Origin: Octopus bimaculoides
Lineage: Eukaryota
Assembly: GCF_001194135.2 (NCBI RefSeq)
Contig: NC_068982.1
Location: forward strand, 118,403,010-118,460,132
DNA: 57,123 nt
Reading direction: 5' to 3'
The translations under genes were made by a program, and so were the position numbers. The notes under the pieces were generated by a model. That model did not search any database, had not been told where the DNA came from, and was given only the letters and a program-made list of their open reading frames with translations. Positions 48,779-57,123 of this stretch are shown here, in pieces (positions within the stretch are counted from its first letter, which is position 1; every line of letters begins with the position of its first letter).

Positions 48779-49747
48779 CAAACTTCTCAAAGTATCAGCG
48801 TACCGAAGTCACCACCCCAAATCAGACGCAAACAGAATATATCTGACACGCTCAGAACGAGGCCGTGGCTTGATACAGATAGATAACAATTATAAAATAA
48901 CAACAGTTGGATAAGGAAAGTACTTAGAAACAAAAAAAAAGTAGTAGACTGCTGCATATAATAAATCAACACGAGACAAAGAATATGCCTTTCTCTATAG
49001 ACAAGGAGGCGACAAAATGCAAAACAGAAAAAGCTACACTGATGAACTGAATTCAGATGAAAACACAGCAAAAATGATCAAAGATACAAAAAAAAAATGA
49101 AAACAGAATTACAAAAGATACTGAAGAAGAGACGGAGAAAAAAAATTCCACTCCATGGCCAACACCCTGCAAGGCTTGACAGATAAGAAGTGAACCTCAG
49201 TAAAAGCCAGCAATGGCTTAAAAGCTGTGGACTAAAAGCTGAAATCAGAGGATTGATCCTCGCTAAACATGACCAATGCCTGACTACAAACAATTATAGA
49301 AACAAAATAATGAAAACAAGCCCCAACACCAAAAGCAGAATGTGCAACCAGCACAATGAAGCAGTTGACCACATCCTCTCTAGCTGCCCAGTCTTTGCCA
49401 AATCTGATTATATATAGACACGAACGAGTAAGCAGCTATATCCACTAGACAATATGCCAACATAACAACATTAAAACTGACAAAATATAGAATAAATATG
49501 TGTCAGATGAGGTATAAAACAACGACCAGGTCACAATCATCTAGGTTTTGCCGGCTCAAACCGACAAAGACATGAAAGCTAATCTCCCAGACATAATAAT
49601 CAAGGATTGGGGTAACACACCTGCTTGCTGTTAGATATTGCAGTCCCTTCTGATCAAGATATTGTTTAAAAAGAAGTGGAGAAATTGTCAAAGTACAAAG
49701 AATTCGAAATTGAAATATTCAACTTGTGGGCCATGGAAGTGAAAGAT
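48779..49747 (+). pseudogene. R4/Dong-clade LINE relic 1 (post-RT region, zinc knuckle, REL endonuclease)
   Basis: HHPKSDANRIYLTRSERGRGL...LHGQHP...QWLKSCGLKAEIRGLILAKHDQCLTTNNY...RMCNQHNEAVDHILSSCP...RHE...KANLPDIIIKD...LLDIAVPSD...EKLSKYKEFEIEI; many stops. Confidence 0.9.
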
Positions 49748-49750
49748 CAT

Positions 49751-51463
49751 ATCCTAATTTCCAAACCCACTGAAGCAACAAACCCACAATATTACAATTG
49801 CAATTTACAAAACCTTTCCTGCAATAATATCGCAGGGAATGGGTAAACATTGTTTGGAAGAAAACATCCTGTTTCCAGAAGAGCAGAAGGGATGCTGCAA
49901 AGGCTCATACGGTTGTAAAGATCAGCTACTGATCAATAAAAATATAACTGAAGGCAGCTACAGAAAGAAGAAGGGTCTAAGTACGGACTGGATTGATTAC
50001 AAAAGGCTTTTGATAGTATTCTCAACACATGGCTCCTGGAAACGCTCGCCATGAACAAAGTAGCACCAATAATCATAAAATATATAAAACATTCCATCAG
50101 TAAATGGCAGGCAGTGCTACAACTCCACACAAAAGAGAGAGTCACAAAAACCAAAACCATTCCCATTAGAAGAGGAATATTCCAGAGCAATACGCTCCCT
50201 TCACTCCTTTTCTTTTTGGCACTGACACTTTTATCCGACATGTTAAACAGAACTGGATGTGGATACAACACTTACGGCAAGACAATTACTCATGTCTTGT
50301 TTATGGATGATCTAAAACTGTACGCTACAAGTGATAAACTACTAAAAACATTACTACAAAGAGCACATGGATTTACCAAAGAAATAAACATGAAATTTCG
50401 CTTAGAAAAATGTGCCAAAGCAATCCTTAGAAGAGGAAAACTAGTTAAGAGTAGCAACGTCATACTACATAAAGCAAATGAAATAAGAGAATTAGACCAA
50501 AGCTACACATGTATATACTTAGGAATCAATGAACTAGATACGATACTACACACACAAATGAGAGAGAAGATAACACAGAAATATCTAGACGAGTCAGATT
50601 GATAGTGAAAACAGAGCTCAATGCGTAAAAGAAGATAATAGATTTCAACGCTCTAGCCGTCCCAGTTATAAGCTACAGCTACAATATTCTTAACTGGACT
50701 AAATAAACTAATCAAAATAGACAGGAAAAGGAGAGACATAATGACAGGATTTAGGCTGCACCACGGAAAATCTGCCAAAGAAAGGCTATATATACAGCGT
50801 ATTGAAGTTGGTAGAGGCCTTATCTAGCTAGAAAACCACCACAGGACTACAGAAAGACCTTCTTTAGAAGTAAAGAAAACTAATACAAATATCCACAAGA
50901 CACGTGCAAGACAAAAAATTGTTTTCAGTCTTTAAGGAAGCTGACAAATACAAGAAAGATGTCATAATACCTAATAACTATGAAGAAAAAGAAGAAATAA
51001 CAAAAGCCGTAAAACAGCTGAAATCCAACCTAAAACTGGAACAGCAATGGATCTTGCTAAAATGATGGCAAGAAAAGCAATTTCATGGCAAATATTACGT
51101 GAAACTTAACGGAAAAGAAATAGACAAATCAAAATTCCCAAAATGACCGAGAAACTCAGGACTCAAAGAAGAGACTGAAGGTTGTTTTAATTGCAGCACA
51201 AGTTCAAAGCCTTTCTACCAGGAATTACCAAACAGATGTAATGGAAAGAAATACATGTAAGTATAGAATATTTGGAGACGGACAAGAAACAATAAATCAT
51301 ATCGTCTCTGACTGCCAAATCCTGATTACGAAGGAATATATTAACAGACACGACTGAGTCGAGGCCCATTAACACTAGGGGCTATGCCAACACTATAGAA
51401 TAACAACAGAAAAAAGATTGTTCAGGCATACGCCTGAAAACGTCATAGAAAATGAGAATAAGA
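49751..51463 (+). pseudogene. R4/Dong-clade LINE relic 2 (reverse transcriptase through zinc knuckle)
   Basis: ILISKPTEATNPQYY; FPEEQKGCCKGSYGCKDQLLIN; WIDYK; RRGIFQSNTLPSLLF; HVLFMDDLKLY; MKFRLEKCAK; YLG; then TINHIVSDCQILITKEYINRHD; frameshifted, ends at ENEN. Confidence 0.92.
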
Positions 51464-51511
51464 TATGTATACATACCAAGTCACTTTGAATGTTTACTTC
51501 CATCACCTTGA

Positions 51512-51562
<51 letters not shown>

Positions 51563-51619
51563 GATTATTATTATTATTATTATTATTATTAGTAGTAGTA
51601 GTAGTAGTAGTAGTAGTAG

Positions 51620-52395
51620 ATGTAGTATTTGTCTACTTTTTATCCTTTCTGATATTACTGAACTTTTATGGAGAGTATGAGTAATTTCAATGTCCTATCA
51701 TGTTGTGTTGTGAATATGCATCATATTTTCAGTCACTGTCGTAACGTTTTCAGCATTGATGATGATTTCGTCTAACATATAGTGTGCTTTTGGCAGGAGT
51801 ACTTGATTGCAGCTGTGTAGAATGTGAACTGTTGGCATTATAATGTGTGTCATGGGGTATTTAGCAGTGTATGTTGCAATTGTTTTGTCGATTATTGTGA
51901 AAAGTATCTATGTTTATGCACAAGTTTTACCGTTTGAGCTGCGCAAGTGAACTGGAAGTATCTTGTATTAGCCACGGGCTCTACCCAACTGGAGGAATTT
52001 TTTTAGCCTGTGTGTAACATTGTTAACTTTACTCTCGTCTGTAATCAGCCAGTTTACCAATAACTGTTCCTTACCAACATATGTCCCCCTCCTGCACCCA
52101 TTCATTTCATCTGGTAATTTGCCATGGTGTTCCTAGTGACTAACCAATCTGGTGTAACACCTTCGTTGCTAGCACGCAAGCTAGAATCCTCTAATTATGT
52201 GTCTCTTCGCCATCTGTTTTGGAGAATTGATTTGTCTTGTCACTCCAGCTGTCATCTGAGTGTTGCTTCTCATTTACTAATGATTTCAACAAATATTGTT
52301 GCGATATATTCATATAGTGAAGTATGCTTGCGTGGCTTTTGTGTCGTATTTATCATAGTGTTGCCTCGTTACTGATCCAGTAACCTTTTGTATGG
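51620..52395 (-). pseudogene. Heavily deleted R4/Dong-clade LINE relic 3
   Basis: Minus strand gives PDWLVTRNT, LPDEMNGCRRGTYVGKEQLLVN (compare PEEQKGC..GSYGCKDQLLIN) and HILHSC. Confidence 0.6.
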
Positions 52396-53759
52396 TGTTA
52401 ACTCCATTTACGCCATATTCCCCACAGATATGTTCGATATTGTGTTGGTTTGCTTTCCCGCGTTACACTTTCCTCACTTTCTTTATCTGTATATATATAT
52501 GTATATATATATATATGCACTGAGGAGAAAGAGAGAGATGAAGAAACACAGATACACGCACAGGTACACGTAGATACACTTACATATATATATACATACA
52601 CATTCTTCTGTGGTTGTGTGTGTGTTTGGTGTGGTGTAGTTGGGGTGTGGTGGGGTGGAGTGAGTGGGTGTTTGGGTGGGTGTGCATTCGTATGTAATAA
52701 TAGTTTCTATTTCACACATCGCTACGTGTGATGGACGATATCGTCGGTAATTTCCTCGGATCCTCTTTAATAATACTGTTACTTATTTTATCGACCCTGA
52801 CAGAAAAAAAAAAAAGAAACGTTGAATTTAAGAACCAAAACGGAAGTAATAAAATGCTGCAGGCTATTTACTGAGACGATATTCTGTTTCTGCCACAACA
52901 TGGTGTTATTTACACTCTGATCCCTTTTGAAATGTTTTCTCTTTCGCAAACGTTTAATTTTTCATATTTCTTTTTCTTTTTGCCATGAAAGATAATTTCC
53001 GAGTAATTAAGCGACATGTAAGTGAAACAGCTCACGTGATATTTGGTGTAAAAGATCTTGCTAAATACATTATATAAATTTATCACTTGATTGACTTGAA
53101 ACACTTGAAAATAAATATTTACATTCTATTTTAAGTATTATACGTTCAGTGTTATGCAGTCACATTTTATTAACATGTTAGCAATATATGATGCGATAAC
53201 ATTACAAATTTAAAGTTAACGACTTAATGTTTTAAATCGTGCTGTGACAATGACGTATATCCTAAGTATTACTGATGAAGAATCAAGAACTCAAAACTCA
53301 GTTTCACTTTACAGATGGAATTGCATCACATACTAAGCACAGATTATTGTTAAAAGAGAAGCAGAACAAATGACGGTAATTTAACTAAGAGCTACATTTA
53401 CACAGAAAATTTGTTTGAAAATTCGCGTAGCATATCATGAGTTCAGAAACGAATACATATATACATAAACATTCTCATACACCTCTTACTTCAAGCAAAG
53501 AGTGATAGCCAACATTTCTGCAATGAGAGTAGAAGTTTGTAGAAGTTCACAAAGCAAAGAGGTGGATGCACATGGATTACTCCAAGACGGAAAAATAAAA
53601 CAGTGTTTAATGAAAAAACAAAAGGGAAATGTTTATGCACAACCTTTCCTGAGGATTTTATCGCGAAAATGGTAATGGGAATCGTAATAAACTCCGATTC
53701 TCAAAAAGTCTAAAGATGTATTCAAACATCTTCGAATGTCCACTTGAAAAGATATCATT

Positions 53760-53880
53760 ATTAAATTTCAGAGAAGTCAACTTTGCCATTCCTCCATCTG
53801 GGTCCACAAAATGAAGTATCATTCAAGTACTAAGATTGATTGTACGTACTAATTCTGTACTCTTATTATTGTAATACTTG
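53760..53880 (+). mobile_element. Degenerate SINE family C core
   Basis: aaatttcagagaagtcaactttgccattcctccatctgggtccacaaaatgaagtatc. Confidence 0.6.
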
Positions 53881-55307
53881 AGTCTAAATCAGTAACTATT
53901 TGTATAATTGCCATGGTGTCATCATGTTGATTTGAGTTACTCGTAAGTTTGTCCTCCATTTATACGGTAAAATATTTTGATTATTGAAAACGTGTTATAT
54001 AACATTTATTTAAAAGTAATATCTCATTGCGCCAGTGGGATATATTATGTCTTGCCCCATTAGGGCTCCAATTTGTTAGAAACTTTTTCGGATTTTATTC
54101 TGGAAGAAGGTATTGATTTAAAACATTGTATCGGCTTCCAGAGTTAGCAAACAAGATGAATTTAATAGGAAGTGAAATGCAAAGGCGTATGCTGGAGGCA
54201 GAAAAAAAGGAAATGATTTTCAACTGCCCATAACTGTATCCCTGTTATAGCGGCAAAGGAGGAAGGAGTGCCAACCAACAAGAGCAGTAACATCAACAAC
54301 TAACACAAGGACATCATTATCGAAAGCAGCAACACAGCAACAGCAAACGCAGAAAAGGGGCTTGATGCTAAGTGAAATACAGAATATGTTTTTAATAATG
54401 AAATTCAAAGTTAAAATATTGCATTATAGATGTAACGGCAAACAACTGTAGCAGTAAAAATTACATCAACAACATGTATTTTGTCACATGCATACTGTCA
54501 GAAGATTTTGTTTGAGTAAAAGGCACATCATACTGCCTTAGTTAATACCATCTCCTGGCGTATGGATGCTAGTATTTTTAGGATGATTGTGTTTACTAAC
54601 ATCTTCTTGTTTTTGAAAAATGCCAGATATATAATAATAACCGAATATTTCTTTGTTGCACATACTAAGCCACACCTCCAATTCCAGTTCGTGACAGAAA
54701 TCAGTTATCACTTATCTACAGTCCATCTCTGCTACCCAGTCCACACTGTGCTAACATCTCACTCTGAAATGTGTGTGCTGCGGGAATATAGATTCAATTC
54801 TACCCATCATTCAACTTACCAGGATATCCAGTGCCGCAACAAAGAATTTAAGTTGCTATATCTCAAATACACCATCATTTGCCACTCCGCGTGCATTCGT
54901 TTCCTCTGCTGTAGTGCGCTGTACTTCAGCAACTGACTATTCTTTGAAGATTTCTTTTCCTACAACGAGTGAATACTTTTCCTTTCACCTGCCGGAAAAG
55001 AACATTTTCATACTGATTTCGATGCTCACGAAACATTTTAGCTTCTCACACTGTGACAACAATAGAAAAAAATCATACACACACACAACACATATACAGT
55101 CAATAAAAAAAATGAAGCAATTTCCAACACACGAGATAAACCTGTCTCCATTTATACACATTCACTGACAAAACAGACACTCCAATCATCGACACATCTT
55201 TTACTAACGTTGATCCCGTAACTTTTCGGATACCATAGTACTTCAACTCATGTGGTCCTTTTATTCAGAGGATTCATCGGTTCTTCGCCAGTTTTGAAAT
55301 ATTAGTA

Positions 55308-55525
55308 ACGTGGCGAGCCGCCAGAATCGTTAGCGCGCCGGGCGAAATGCTTAGCGGTATTTCGTCTGTGTTTACGTTCTGAGTTCAAATCCTACTGAGG
55401 TCGTCTTTATCCTTCATCATTTCGGGGTCGTTCACATCAGTACCAGTTCAGTACTGAGGTCGATGTATTCAACTCATCTTCTCCCAATAAATACTGGTCA
55501 TGTGCGAAAATTTGAAATCGAATTA
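55308..55525 (+). mobile_element. SINE family C
   Basis: gtggcgagccgccagaatcgttagcgcgccgggcgaaatgcttagcggtatttcgtc...gagttcaaatcc...gaaaatttgaaatc. Confidence 0.9.
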
Positions 55526-56348
55526 TCAGAAGTACTCAATACAATAAATATTAAAAAAAGAAAAACTCTATTTGAATACTTTGCATGCCAGATATTTTGT
55601 AGATGGATTGAACAAATCTACAAAGTTCTGTAACGGTTTGCTTACATTCATTTCGAGTTCTCTTTCGTAACAAAAGTTAAATTCTTATATATTCGTGGGT
55701 TTATACCACGATTATATCTAAATTGTTTGGCTGTGATACATTGACAGTTCCCATAGAGGACATCAGCATTATCTTACGCTGTGACATGTTCAATGACATA
55801 TTCTAAATAAAAGCCGCACTAATTTTTTTTTATCAATATGCTATGTTTTCTAGTATCGTGTCGCTTTATCATTTTCACCCTTTCATCTCCCATATTCCAT
55901 TCACTCTTTCCTTTCTATCTTACTATAATCATATGATATACGATTGAATTTCTGCTTCAGTTTGGCTCCGCACAGTCGTGCTGCCTTCTGACAATTTTTG
56001 TTTTAAGGACATTTATTCTAGTGTTTGTTTTTGAATAACCAAATGCAGTTTCCGTAGCTCTCTTCAAACTTCCATCGTACTGCGAAACCTTTCTATATTC
56101 TTTTGCTTGCTTTTTGATCATCTGATAAAATATCCATACAAATATTATGAAAAAACTCTCTTCTGTGTGATCGTCATTGATCTTTTTTACAATTAAGCTA
56201 CACTTTCCTTTCTCAACGTTACGCACGAGTCCTGTATTTGTGTAAATTGTCATGTTATTGCTTAGTTATCTGTCTCCTTGTCTTCTAGGTTCATGCAGTC
56301 TAATAATACTGTTCTTGGATTCATCCCATTTTGTTCCTTCTCACTTAC

Positions 56349-56449
56349 CTAGTGAGACAATCCATCGCTTTATTTCGTCGAATGAATGTCTACCGTATGC
56401 ATCACCAATACAACTGCACAAATCGCTGTTTCCAAGAGAGATTAGATGA
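56349..56449 (-). CDS. Candidate internal coding exon of an unidentified gene
   Basis: Acceptor tttttcatttctcag, donor ag|gtaagt, 101 nt; only one frame is open: HLISLGNSDLCSCIGDAYGRHSFDEIKRWIVSL. No family recognised. Confidence 0.3.
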
Positions 56450-57123
56450 CTGAGAAATGAAAAACTACAATTCTACAAATAGGGTTTCAGGTCCGAGCTT
56501 ACAGCGAAGCACGTTGCGCAAATTATATCTTCATGACCTACGACTTGCCGTAGAAACCCATCAGGATGATCTGCTCTATAATTTGTTAATTGCTAAAAGC
56601 TGTTGATTAATTTAATTCTGCTGACTGGAATACGATGATTTTAACGGAATCTATTTGTGTGCGTTTTTGTATGCATGTTCATGTATATATCTTAATATAT
56701 AAAGCTGAAGTGGTGTGTCTGTGTGAAGCCTTTTTAAAAATTTATACAAATCCACATTTTCCACTTTTTCGTAAAAGTTTTTACATCAATGGAATTTTCT
56801 CGATGTGAACTTTTCAGTGCAGGAATTAGATTTTTAAAATTCCGTTTACTTTGTGTGATTTAAGGGAGATTTGGCTGTTGTTTCTAGCAACTTTTATATT
56901 TCATCCCTTCTACCTGGAACGCCATTCTTACACACGCGCTCAACATAAAAATATAGAGAGTAAGAGTAAAAGAGGGAGAGGGAGAGAGAGAGAAAGTGAT
57001 ACATACAACGTCATAGATTAAACTTTCATCTCAGTATTCTTTACCTATTTTTCATAACATAGATACGTAAAAACACACACAACCACACACACATGACCTG
57101 TGACAACAACATACACATTGCTC

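Noticed and set aside
49041-49070. CTGATGA...GAAA hammerhead-like match
   Set aside because: Inside LINE coding sequence; no valid stem II closure, helix III or stem I.
54562-55168. Overlapping plus-strand ORFs of 124 and 131 aa
   Set aside because: No recognisable motifs or plus-strand splice support; the opposite strand has better signals. A faint piggyBac-like impression (EETN...LKFF) was too weak to call.
55957-56253. 98-aa minus-strand ORF
   Set aside because: No recognisable homology, and its length is within chance expectation for a window this size.
56491-56607. LRR-like LRKLYLHDLRL in a plus-strand frame
   Set aside because: A single motif lacking the conserved Asn, with no neighbouring repeats.

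Overview
AT-rich, repeat-saturated animal genomic DNA, most likely a coleoid cephalopod (Octopus-like). This assignment is inferred from the SINE families and microsatellite load, not from a database search. About 9 kb of the 57 kb is N, in roughly 22 gaps that nearly all abut (TA)n, (CA)n or (AAT)n tracts. I cannot support any intact protein-coding gene: almost every ORF in the track comes from microsatellites, N runs or repeats. What is identifiable: four tRNA-headed SINE families (working names A, B, C, E), including a 10-unit head-to-tail SINE-C array at 20.8-23.1 kb; a ~570-bp headless element in two inverted copies; decayed R4/Dong-clade (RT plus REL endonuclease) LINE fragments, several inserted in (AAT)n; a decayed maT/DD37D-like Tc1/mariner transposase; and several long palindromes. 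The most interesting signal is a set of minimal type-I hammerhead-ribozyme-like motifs of the kind carried by Penelope-like elements. The best is a 156-bp palindrome at 46586-46741 made of two head-to-head hammerhead-like copies, each ending in AATAAA. Weaker relics lie at 4.7, 5.2, 14.4 and 42.7 kb. A few isolated splice-flanked candidate exons exist on both strands but could not be assigned to a known gene.
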